64,000 nucleotides of DNA from Opitutales bacterium. GTDB lineage: Bacteria; Verrucomicrobiota; Verrucomicrobiia; Opitutales; PNEW01. The stretch spans positions 1,248,001-1,312,000 of the forward strand of contig CBDANS010000006.1 of NCBI GenBank assembly GCA_965197745.1, in the 5' to 3' direction. Shown in pieces: positions 47,082 to 56,332 of the stretch. Every line of letters begins with the position of its first letter. Positions within the stretch are counted from its first letter, which is position 1. Under the pieces are notes generated by a model, which did no database searches, had not been told where the DNA came from, and saw only the letters and a program-made list of their open reading frames with translations. The translations under genes were made by a program, and so were the position numbers.

Positions 47082-48581
47082 CTATAGTGGATTATTAAGA
47101 CTCCACTGAGCTTTAGGGGGAAAAGAATCTCCACCCCGGGCGCCGTTATAGAGAACGTCATTGCATACAAACCAATCCATCAATCGGCCGATCAAACGCA
47201 ATTTCACATCACTGAATTCCGGATCATCCCATAAATTTTTACTTTCGGTGGGATCATTCTCCATGTCATATAATTCACCCTCTAACTTTTTATTATCGTC
47301 GGGAAAATTGTGATAAACATTCAGTTTATACCTCTCATCCCTGAACATCGTGGCATTGATAGGTGGGTCCCAGTATAGTTTGCTATCATCTATTCCCGAA
47401 GTCCGGTACATGCATACGGCAAAATCTCTTCGTTTCTCGTATTCGGATTTATCCTGAATAAGTGAAATAAGATCCATGGAGTCGGGCATTAAGTCATCAA
47501 GTTTTTCCCGGGTATATCCGGCTTGACTGAGTATCGTTCCGGCCAGATCATGCAGCTGGACCAGATCTTTTACCCTTTTCCCGCTTTCAACTTTTTCCGG
47601 AAAGCGTATGATGAGGGGGACTTTAGTGCAGGCGTCATAGAAGAAGGCACCTTTGGCTAAAAGTTCATGATCGCCGATCATGTCACCGTGGTCGCTGCCG
47701 AAAATAACGATCGTATCTTCCTTGAGGCCTTCCTTTTCAAGGACCTCTAATACCCGGCCTACTTCACGATCGATGAAGGCAATCGATGCGTAGTACCCCT
47801 CCCGCATCTGATGTATCTGTTCGGGAGTATAATTGGGGATTCCGCCCAAATAGCTGTGGTAATGTTCTCTTTGGATTCCCTCGGGTCCGGAGGTCGTCTG
47901 CCCTTCATGGATGATCGGTTCTGGTAATTTATTTTGATCGACCTCTTCAAGCATCGTGCTGGGGTAATCGCCATAGGGATCATGAGGATCAACGACACTC
48001 ATATAGCAGAAGAACGGTTTATTTTTGTCACGATTTTTAAGAAAGTCGATGGTCCCTTCTGCCGCCCAGCGCGTAAAGTGTACTTCCTCCGGAACATGCC
48101 CGATATTTCTGCCCTTCTCTTTTAATTTATCATGAAATTCAGGATGATTTTTTTTGAGCCATACACCATAACTGTTATATTTACCCGTGACATTATTAGG
48201 GGTCATGGCAGATTCAAACACATCAAAACCGGTGTTTGGATGACGCACTTCCCGTTCATGGCTTCTCCCACTGACATGCAATTTACCGATTAAGGCGGTA
48301 GCATAATTTTTTTCTTTCAGGTGTTTGGGAAATAAAGAGAATTCTTCAGACAGATTATTGTGCACCTGGTAGACGCCGTGCCCGGGCAGTGGTTTGCCCG
48401 TCAATAGACTCGCCCGACTGGGAGTACAGACCGGGTTATCACAATAACAATTTTCAAACAATGCTCCTTCCTCTGCCAGTCGGTCTAAATGGGGCGTAGG
48501 TATGGCATCAAACCCATAACATCCCAGGGAATCAGAGCGTTGTTGATCGGTAAAAATAAGGAGGACGTTAGGTTGTTTCAT
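47082..48581 (-). CDS. Formylglycine-dependent sulfatase
   Basis: PNVLLIFTDQQR, CTPSRASLLTG, GKLH, DPHDP, SDHGD. Confidence 0.95.
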   Translation of the reverse strand: MKQPNVLLIFTDQQRSDSLGCYGFDAIPTPHLDRLAEEGALFENCYCDNPVCTPSRASLLTGKPLPGHGVYQVHNNLSEEFSLFPKHLKEKNYATALIGKLHVSGRSHEREVRHPNTGFDVFESAMTPNNVTGKYNSYGVWLKKNHPEFHDKLKEKGRNIGHVPEEVHFTRWAAEGTIDFLKNRDKNKPFFCYMSVVDPHDPYGDYPSTMLEEVDQNKLPEPIIHEGQTTSGPEGIQREHYHSYLGGIPNYTPEQIHQMREGYYASIAFIDREVGRVLEVLEKEGLKEDTIVIFGSDHGDMIGDHELLAKGAFFYDACTKVPLIIRFPEKVESGKRVKDLVQLHDLAGTILSQAGYTREKLDDLMPDSMDLISLIQDKSEYEKRRDFAVCMYRTSGIDDSKLYWDPPINATMFRDERYKLNVYHNFPDDNKKLEGELYDMENDPTESKNLWDDPEFSDVKLRLIGRLMDWFVCNDVLYNGARGGDSFPPKAQWSLNNPL

Positions 48582-48697
48582 GATGTTCAGGTATTAAATA
48601 TTTTACCAGGAACTGCTATTGGAAATTTCTGATTCTACGCTTTATCATTTAAGAAAAATCACGATGTGAATAAAACCGGGGTTATCTCTTACGCTCT

Positions 48698-51274
48698 TCA
48701 ATCTGTTTTGGGCAGCATCGTGTAGTAAGTTAACCCCTTTAAGGATTTCTCCTTTTCCGGAATGATAAGACTGGCGATGTAGCCAACGATTACACATACA
48801 GCAATACCGATAAATGCATAAAGAATAAAGTGGATGGGGGTGTAGGTTTTAACAAAATATAAAACCATGGCGCTGACAATAGCTCCAATAAAAACGCCAA
48901 TTCCGTTCGCCCGACGGGTAAAAATACCCAGGATAAATAGTCCGGCGAGGCCACTGCTTAAGAGGCCGACGGTTGAAGAGAATAATAATTGTGCGGATTG
49001 GATGTCTACGGTGACGATATAGAGCGCGAATGAGGTGGCAGAAAGTCCGGTAAGCAGTGTAAACCAACGGGCGATACTTAAATAATTATGTTCAGACTTA
49101 TCCGGTTTGAAACGCCGATAAAAATCGGTGACAAATGATGTAGCCATCGAATTCATTCCACTGTCTAAACTCGACATCGCCGCGGAAAATATGGCTGCAA
49201 TAAGAAACCCTGCAATACCTACGGGTAATTTCTGGGCGACGAAGAGGGGAAAGATGGCGTCATTCTGCATTCCAAGGCTGATCATATCCGGGTGATTTTT
49301 GTAATAGCCATAAAGAGCTGTCCCCATCGTGAAAAATAATAATCCGGAGGGAATGGTGATTGCCACGTTTAACCAGAGTCCGTTTGCCGCCGATTTTTCA
49401 TCCTTGGTTGTAAGGTACCTTTGGATCTGGGATTGGTCTGCGGAGTACTGGATCAAGGTGCCGCATCCACCACCGATGATCACCACCCACAAGGTGGGGT
49501 AAGTCATATCCCAGTCCCAATAGATAGAGCGAAATTTGTTATCCTCCATCCCTATATCGATAAGCCCCATCACGCCGCCATCGATATGAAAAACTATAAT
49601 CACAAGGGCTAAAATGATACCAAGATAGAAAATGAAGACTTGTATAACATCGGTCCATACGACTGCTTCGATCCCCCCCAAGACGGTATAAAAAGTACTG
49701 AGCAACCCCATTGAAAGAATGCACACGTAGATATTGATTCCAGTAATCGTAGAGAGAACGATCGCGGGGAGATAGAGAATAATGCTGATCCGGGCCAGTT
49801 GGAAAAGAATGAACTGCGCACTGCCATATAAGCGAACGGGTAGATTAAATCGTAATTCAAGGTACTCAAATGCGGTGGTGATATTAAGTCGCCTGAAGAA
49901 GGGGAGGTAAAAGTAGATGATAATAATGGGGCAGAGAAGAAGCCCAACTACCGTTGGGTACAAAAACCAATCCATGGAATAAACCATACTGGGGGTAGCG
50001 ATATAGGTAAGCGCACTGAGGATAGTACCCAGGACACTAAGTCCCGCCGCCCACCAGGGTATTCTGCGACCGGCGAGGAAGTAATCATCAGTTCCCTTCT
50101 CCCGCTTGGAAAAATAAATTCCCATGTAAATGAGCGCGATCATGTAGAGAATGAGAAATGTGTAATTGAAGATCCCGAAAGATACGTTCTCGCCCGCGTT
50201 ATGCGTCATGAGTTGAATTTTCGGTGTGCTGCTGCCCGGTGTTGTCTCTCCCCCGGTGAGCACGATGCCGCCATTCCAGCTGACTGCCTCGGCTCTTGTC
50301 ACTCCCCATGGAATTGTTCCTTCTTCTATCCATTTATTTGTGATTGTATGGTAGACAAGTAAATGGGGTGAGATTCCAGGTTCTTGACCTTCCTCTATTC
50401 CCGTATCCACACCCGATGGCTGCAGGTTAGATTCCCCAAAAACGAGAATGTGTGACTGGCCATAATTAATTGCCGGAGCCGCCGCTATCGGGGATGGACT
50501 GTCGGCGATACGCTCCCACTGCATGGTCCGAAAAGTATATCGGTAACAATCATTTGAGATCTCGGTATTAATATTACCCGCGCTATCCTTAACCGTGGTT
50601 TCACCCCCCATGACATAAAGGTAGTCGTAGTCACCAATATTCTGACTGACAACAATAGCATTTATTCGAGCGGATCCTTGCCAAGGCTCCAGAATCTTCC
50701 AGCCCGCATCCAGATTGTTCAAGTCTAGTGACCAAAAAACGTTTTTCAGGTTTGCGGTAGGATCAGCCGTCAGGCCACCGGCGACGTACAATGTCTCTCC
50801 GGATATTGAGGCGTCGGTCAGTGATAAAGGGTGCGGTAATGATGGTAGCGATTCCTGGGTAATAGTCTGTTCTTCAGAATTCCAGGTCAATTGGGTAACG
50901 TTATCCTTATTCCCCTGGGCGTTGCTTCCACCGATTAAAATCAAGCCGTGACTGGAACTTACTGAAGCACCATAGGCAAGGGGTTGATTAAGTTTATAAC
51001 CGGTCAGCCATGACGTTTGTTTTTCATCAGATAAAATATAAATAGTGTCGTGCCAGACTTTACCCCCCGTTTCCTCGGGAAAATTTGCTCCCCCGGCAAC
51101 TATGAGGGCACCCCTGCTGACTCCGGCGAATGCCCCTTCCAAGCCCACGGAAATGGGCAGTTCAGGAAGCGTCTCCCATCTTATAGCTTCTTCACTCGTG
51201 GTCGAATTTTCTTTGCATCCTCCAAAAAATAAAATTGCGACAATACTAAACCCTATTACGGAAAAAAACCTCAT
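48698..51274 (-). CDS. Kelch/NanM-like beta-propeller fused to a sodium:solute symporter
   Basis: Lipobox-like FFGGC; VAGGANFP and repeated GG kelch motifs; DYFLAGRRIPWW, GGIEAVVWTD, DQSQIQRYL, AAMSSLDS. Confidence 0.9.
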   Translation of the reverse strand: MRFFSVIGFSIVAILFFGGCKENSTTSEEAIRWETLPELPISVGLEGAFAGVSRGALIVAGGANFPEETGGKVWHDTIYILSDEKQTSWLTGYKLNQPLAYGASVSSSHGLILIGGSNAQGNKDNVTQLTWNSEEQTITQESLPSLPHPLSLTDASISGETLYVAGGLTADPTANLKNVFWSLDLNNLDAGWKILEPWQGSARINAIVVSQNIGDYDYLYVMGGETTVKDSAGNINTEISNDCYRYTFRTMQWERIADSPSPIAAAPAINYGQSHILVFGESNLQPSGVDTGIEEGQEPGISPHLLVYHTITNKWIEEGTIPWGVTRAEAVSWNGGIVLTGGETTPGSSTPKIQLMTHNAGENVSFGIFNYTFLILYMIALIYMGIYFSKREKGTDDYFLAGRRIPWWAAGLSVLGTILSALTYIATPSMVYSMDWFLYPTVVGLLLCPIIIIYFYLPFFRRLNITTAFEYLELRFNLPVRLYGSAQFILFQLARISIILYLPAIVLSTITGINIYVCILSMGLLSTFYTVLGGIEAVVWTDVIQVFIFYLGIILALVIIVFHIDGGVMGLIDIGMEDNKFRSIYWDWDMTYPTLWVVIIGGGCGTLIQYSADQSQIQRYLTTKDEKSAANGLWLNVAITIPSGLLFFTMGTALYGYYKNHPDMISLGMQNDAIFPLFVAQKLPVGIAGFLIAAIFSAAMSSLDSGMNSMATSFVTDFYRRFKPDKSEHNYLSIARWFTLLTGLSATSFALYIVTVDIQSAQLLFSSTVGLLSSGLAGLFILGIFTRRANGIGVFIGAIVSAMVLYFVKTYTPIHFILYAFIGIAVCVIVGYIASLIIPEKEKSLKGLTYYTMLPKTD

Positions 51275-51384
51275 GAGCTAAGGGACGATGCTGTGGACGA
51301 GCGTGATGGTGTCCAGTATAATTGTCTTCAAATAACGGGATCAGCCATCTATACGAATGAAAAATGAAAGGGTAAAATATATCT

Positions 51385-52596
51385 TCAGGGGTTCACACTT
51401 CCTTTAGTGATGCTCACCGTTAGGCGCGAGATGTCCTCCTCTGCTTCACCTTTCCAGCTCTTTTTGAATTTGTTTAAGAGCGACTTGGCGTTATTTCTAT
51501 TGCCGGAGCTAATGGCTTCTTCGATCGCGATGATCGCTTTCGCATATCGATCGCGCAGTGATGAGGCTTTTTCTTCAGCCATTAAGACGAAAACAATACC
51601 ATTTACCCGACTCTGCGAAGCTGCGGTAAATCCTGCTAACGCTTTATTAAATTGATTCCGTTTCTCGAAGGAGACGGCCCGATCGTATTCTTTTTGTGCA
51701 CTTGTCATCAGGGGCTTGTCGAGTTCGATAATTCCATCTTCAAACCACTCAGCAGGGGGTTGATGATGACCCATGCCCGGTACTTCGAAATAGGAGACAT
51801 GGCGAAAACGGTCTTCGACATACAGATCATAGACGGCCCGCATCTCTCCACGGTTGAAATCATTGGTTCCGGTGAGCATAACGAACCGGTTTTGCCGCGC
51901 TCGGAAAAGATGGGTTCCCGTGGGTTCTCTTTTGAATCCGGGCATATAAACTTCAGCTGCTACTTCAATGGGTCGGTAGGGATTGCAGCCAACGATATAT
52001 AATGCGCCCTTAAATAGATCGGAATTGAAAATAGCGACATGGCTGGCGACTCGGCCGCCACCTGACCTCCCGCTTATGTAAACTCTTTCAGTGTCAACGT
52101 TATAGTGCTTTTTAATTTGATTTACCGATTCAATGGCAAGGGCATGACGCCAGAGAGTGTTGATTTTTGGATATACATTATTCCCCGCATGGTTGGGGCC
52201 GACCCAGATTAAATTGTGCGCGTCAAATACAGGAATCCATTCCCGGGGAATTTCACCCGTATCACTGGAGTTGATATAGATGAAAACGCCATATGATTTT
52301 TCCGGTTGATAATGTGCAGGCACATATACAGACCAGGTAGTCCCATGAACAGATTTAAGTTTTTTTTCTGAATCGCCATTTTTTGATTTAGCAGGAATAG
52401 CGCCGTAGAATCCGAATACTTCATTAAATAATTTCCGGTCAATTCCATCACCCGTTAAGGTGAACAATCCTCGCTGAATCTCATCATCATTGCCCTCTAT
52501 TGGTGAGGCGTGTATTACTGTTATCGCAAATCCGCAAAGTGCCAGTAAGTGCCAGAGAATACATTTCCAACAGTGGCTTCGCTTCTGATATCTCAT
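51385..52596 (-). CDS. Secreted alpha/beta-hydrolase (PHB depolymerase/esterase-like) with a helical C-terminal extension
   Basis: Signal peptide, VYVPAHY, RVYISGRSGGG nucleophile elbow, TGTNDFN, PGMGH. Confidence 0.75.
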   Translation of the reverse strand: MRYQKRSHCWKCILWHLLALCGFAITVIHASPIEGNDDEIQRGLFTLTGDGIDRKLFNEVFGFYGAIPAKSKNGDSEKKLKSVHGTTWSVYVPAHYQPEKSYGVFIYINSSDTGEIPREWIPVFDAHNLIWVGPNHAGNNVYPKINTLWRHALAIESVNQIKKHYNVDTERVYISGRSGGGRVASHVAIFNSDLFKGALYIVGCNPYRPIEVAAEVYMPGFKREPTGTHLFRARQNRFVMLTGTNDFNRGEMRAVYDLYVEDRFRHVSYFEVPGMGHHQPPAEWFEDGIIELDKPLMTSAQKEYDRAVSFEKRNQFNKALAGFTAASQSRVNGIVFVLMAEEKASSLRDRYAKAIIAIEEAISSGNRNNAKSLLNKFKKSWKGEAEEDISRLTVSITKGSVNP

Positions 52597-52830
52597 TATA
52601 TTTATGTTCGTATCTCTAACTCGTTTGTTCAATGGAAGCTGCTTAAATAAATCGTAATCAGCAAATTTTGACACCCCGACAGACAAGTTATTAACATCAT
52701 GCGAATTAAGTAATTCATTTTGAACGTTTATTAATATAATCTGTCTAAAATTTTGAAGTCCAGTTGCTTAATGGACTTTAAAAGTGAGCGTTAAGTTCAT
52801 AGTTTGGTTTGTAGTTTGTTAAGCAGTGGG

Positions 52831-52864
52831 AGACGCCGCAGTTAAATCTGCGGCGTCTTTTTTT
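52831..52864 (+). terminator. Rho-independent terminator
   Basis: 11-bp perfect stem AGACGCCGCAG / CTGCGGCGTCT, 6-nt loop, followed by a T-tract. Confidence 0.85.
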
Positions 52865-52963
52865 ATCACTATTGTTATATATATTGAACCTTGCAATAAC
52901 ACATCACACATTCTCTGTTCGATTTTGACTTTAACCATAGCTTTACAGTGTTAACTTAATTCG

Positions 52964-53734
52964 ATGTCCAGTTTGCGTTGCTATTACCACCATTCAGGTG
53001 AGGAGAGTTTGAATCTAATAGAACTCGGTGCGACCGAAAGCCACCATCTTGTTAAAGTGCGTCGTGCCCGTATCGGCGATACCGTAACTGCATTCGATGG
53101 ACGGGGCAACGAGTGGGAATGCCTGCTTGAAGTAGACAGGGCTAAAGCGGTGGGCCTAAAAGTGTTTCGTCATCGTTTAATACCGCCGCCGCCCTATTCA
53201 ATTACTCTGGCCCAAGGTTTACCGAAGGGAAAGACAATGGATATTATTGTACAAAAAGCGGTCGAATTGGGAGCGAAACAGATTGTTCCGCTTTCAACCG
53301 GCTATAGCAATGTGCGAATGAATAAAGACCGCGCGGCGCAGAAAGTAGAAAAATGGCATACTATCGCTATTGAAGCCTGCAAGCAATCCGGCAATAGCTA
53401 TCTCTCGGAAATTCTAAACATTGATTCCCTAGGTTCCTACTGTGAATCACTTTCTCCGAAGACAATGAAATGCATTGCCAGTTTTTCCGCGCAAGCCGTG
53501 AGTTTTCGCCAGGCTATAAGCAATCTGGAATATGAAAAAGATTCAACCCACCGCTCAGCGATTATACTTATCGGTCCAGAGGGTGATTTCACTCCGGCAG
53601 AACACGATCTCGCTTGTAAAAATGGCTTTATTCCCATTACTTTAGGGGAACGTGTGCTGCGGTCAGATACAGCCGCCATTGTTGCTCTTGCCCTTCTCGC
53701 CTATGAATTGCGCGAAGTAAAATTCAGCAAATGA
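52964..53734 (+). CDS. rsmE: 16S rRNA m3U1498 methyltransferase
   Basis: HHLVKVRR, QKAVELG, EACKQSG, LIGPEGDFT, LGERVLRSDTA. Confidence 0.95.
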   Translation: MSSLRCYYHHSGEESLNLIELGATESHHLVKVRRARIGDTVTAFDGRGNEWECLLEVDRAKAVGLKVFRHRLIPPPPYSITLAQGLPKGKTMDIIVQKAVELGAKQIVPLSTGYSNVRMNKDRAAQKVEKWHTIAIEACKQSGNSYLSEILNIDSLGSYCESLSPKTMKCIASFSAQAVSFRQAISNLEYEKDSTHRSAIILIGPEGDFTPAEHDLACKNGFIPITLGERVLRSDTAAIVALALLAYELREVKFSK

Positions 53735-53770
53735 CTATACCGTAAATTAAAACGAAAAAAGGATACGACG

Positions 53771-54187
53771 ATGAAAGATGAAAAGCGACTCCCCCTTGTG
53801 ATGCTCATTCTTCGATTAAGTGTGTTTCTCGTCATGTTAGTGTGGACCCTGGATAAATTTATCAATCCCGAACACGCCACGAAGGTTTATGAACATTTTT
53901 ATTTTATTGGCGGCCTTGGAAGTAGAGCAATCACCATAATCGGCATCATTGAAATAGTAATCCTCCTGGGGTTTTTATTGGGATTTCAGAAACGCTACAC
54001 CTACGGTGCCGTATTCCTCTTTCATGCCATATCCACGCTCTCGAGCTATAAACAATATATGGATCCCTTTGACCATCTTCTCTTTTTCGCGGCCTGGCCC
54101 ATGCTTGCCGCCTGCTTCGCCTTGTATATCCTGCGCGATGAGGATACTCTCTGGGTAGTTGGAAAAAAAGCGGCAGAACCCACTTAA
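53771..54187 (+). CDS. DoxX-like membrane protein
   Basis: LILRLSVFLVMLVWTLDKF, GIIE, FHAIST; about 4 TM helices. Confidence 0.7.
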   Translation: MKDEKRLPLVMLILRLSVFLVMLVWTLDKFINPEHATKVYEHFYFIGGLGSRAITIIGIIEIVILLGFLLGFQKRYTYGAVFLFHAISTLSSYKQYMDPFDHLLFFAAWPMLAACFALYILRDEDTLWVVGKKAAEPT

Positions 54188-54217
54188 TAGAGGCGTTCTC
54201 AAAAAGTGAGTCGCTAT

Positions 54218-54961
54218 TTATAATTCATATACGGCCAACACGGGCCAGTGATCCGAAGGAGCAAAATCTTCGAAAAAGAATTGAGGCACCGTCGCCGATA
54301 ATGGTCGAGCATAGGAATTAGCCATTATCCAGTCAATTGCCTGGTTCATATTCAAGTAATTTGCCGTGGGATTGCAGGGATAGGTGGGGGGAGAAATCAT
54401 ATTCAATGCTTTGAAACAACTTTCATAACCGGCTTCGCCCATCAAGCGCGCCGGTATGACCGGATCATTAAGATCACCCATAAAGAAGGCCGGTTCATTA
54501 TTTTTTACCAGGCGTTGAAGTTCCTCCAGTGTCCTTCGAGCCTGACTCAGCCGGGGAGAAATTCCTGTTTCCATTTCTTTTTCATGACCCTGGTAAGTAT
54601 AATGAGCGGTGCTGACAAAAATTGTTTTGTCCCCACCCTTTAATTTCAGTCGTGCCCAGAACATGCGGCGGTGCTCCTCGAGCATGCCGATAGCTTCTGC
54701 TCCATGCTCAATCTCTTCAAGGAGATCGCATTTCCAGTAAATGTTACCTTCACAGGTCCAGCCGGGTAAATCGTCATGAACGCGCTGATGCTGTGGCAAT
54801 ACCTTATCGATAAATAACTGTGTCTCTTCGCGCAGTTCCTGAATACAAAGTATATCGGGGGTGAAAAGATCGAGAAACCTGTTCAAGGCCTGTGCGCGCT
54901 GGGGCCAGCGCTCGATATTCCATAAATTATAAGTTATTATAGATAGCCGAAGAGGATGCAT
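54218..54961 (-). CDS. Endonuclease/exonuclease/phosphatase family protein
   Basis: TYNLWN, PDILCIQE, TAH, MGDLN, IDWI, PSDHWPV. Confidence 0.93.
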   Translation of the reverse strand: MHPLRLSIITYNLWNIERWPQRAQALNRFLDLFTPDILCIQELREETQLFIDKVLPQHQRVHDDLPGWTCEGNIYWKCDLLEEIEHGAEAIGMLEEHRRMFWARLKLKGGDKTIFVSTAHYTYQGHEKEMETGISPRLSQARRTLEELQRLVKNNEPAFFMGDLNDPVIPARLMGEAGYESCFKALNMISPPTYPCNPTANYLNMNQAIDWIMANSYARPLSATVPQFFFEDFAPSDHWPVLAVYEL

Positions 54962-55061
54962 AATTTAATTCAACTCGAATGAGGCTTATATAAATGCAGT
55001 AAATGCGATAACGATACTAATCGCGGTAATCGCGAAGAGACGGCGTAAACGGCTGTTTTTA

Positions 55062-55922
55062 TTAACCTAATTTTCCTTTATTCTCGTACACTCCGGAGTG
55101 TTGATAATCATAAATGGTGGTCGGTTCGTTTTCAATACGGGTAAGCCAGTAACGAGAATCAAAATGACGATTATCGGTTAGAAAACGCCAGAGCTTTATG
55201 CGCAATACCTGTTCTATTCGTGCTTCCACTCCCATCCAGGGATGTGATTTCATGAGAACATTCTCAATTTCAGGATCGTTTATATCGTCAGTGTTCCAGA
55301 GATTGATCTGGCGAATGGTGGGGTTAAGGCGCAGCTTGAACATGAAGCGCAATTTGCGCGAGCGGTTCGGTTGTGCGCAATGCCAGATATTGTGGTGAGT
55401 GACGAAGAGGGTACCGGCTTTGCATACAATAGGGAGTTGGCCAACAATATTTTGATAGCGACTGATTTCTGACTCCTGGACCTTGCGGAAATGACTTCCG
55501 GGAAGGATTAATGTGCCCCCCATCTCACGCGGTGTATCCTGGGGAAAAAAGAAAAGCTGAATATCAAAGTGTTCAGTTCGCGTATCGATAATGGAATCAG
55601 CATGCCAGTTTTGTGGTTCAAGTTTACCCGGTTCCACGCGATGTGGGAAATGATGATCGTAACGAGGATTCGGTCCAACCAGGCTCTGAATAATACCCTC
55701 AACCTTAGGAAGCCGAAATATTTTCCCGATCACACTTTTCGGCCATATCTCACTGAACGGCTTCCCGTTGGTAAGCCACCATTTATGATTGGGATTTTCT
55801 TTTAACTCTTTAAACGCTTCATCGCAGAGCTTTTTCGGAATGATTTTATCAAAACGAAGATAACCCTCGTTGACAAAGGAGGCCATTTGTATGCTTGTCA
55901 GTAAATACTTTTTATTAACCAT
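55062..55922 (-). CDS. PhyH-family dioxygenase-like protein
   Basis: QNWHADS, QDTPREMGGTLILPGSH, IWHCAQPN...R. Confidence 0.85.
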   Translation of the reverse strand: MVNKKYLLTSIQMASFVNEGYLRFDKIIPKKLCDEAFKELKENPNHKWWLTNGKPFSEIWPKSVIGKIFRLPKVEGIIQSLVGPNPRYDHHFPHRVEPGKLEPQNWHADSIIDTRTEHFDIQLFFFPQDTPREMGGTLILPGSHFRKVQESEISRYQNIVGQLPIVCKAGTLFVTHHNIWHCAQPNRSRKLRFMFKLRLNPTIRQINLWNTDDINDPEIENVLMKSHPWMGVEARIEQVLRIKLWRFLTDNRHFDSRYWLTRIENEPTTIYDYQHSGVYENKGKLG

Positions 55923-56217
55923 TGATTGATTCCATTTTTTCCAGAACGTGCTCGAATTTTAAGTAAGCGGTTGAGTATTCTGCTCCTCGTTGAAATGATT
56001 GCAGCGGTGATATTTGGATAACGCGCCACCCATCCTTCATCGCGTCAAAGACCGATTCATAGGGAGGCACATCACTATCGCCGGTGATCATCTTTTTCTT
56101 TTCTGTTGCGTCATAAAATGACCAGGCGACGATCTTACTGTCCAGTGCCGAACCGCCCGAATAGAGGATAAGAATCTTTTGTTTGAGAGAGGAAACGGGC
56201 GTTTTATTTTTACTCAT
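55915..56217 (-). CDS. Hypothetical protein overlapping the start of the PhyH gene
   Basis: 100 aa, ATG start, 8-nt overlap with the next gene; PPYESVFDAMKDGWRVIQ. Confidence 0.7.
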   Translation of the reverse strand: MSKNKTPVSSLKQKILILYSGGSALDSKIVAWSFYDATEKKKMITGDSDVPPYESVFDAMKDGWRVIQISPLQSFQRGAEYSTAYLKFEHVLEKMESING

Positions 56218-56332
56218 GTGGGGTGTGGCACTACCGGACTTATAGACAATTACAGTGTCATCGGCTTCGATAATTCTTAGTCACAGATAAATAAATGTAA
56301 TTGTGATTTAATCAACACTGATCTATCGAAAT

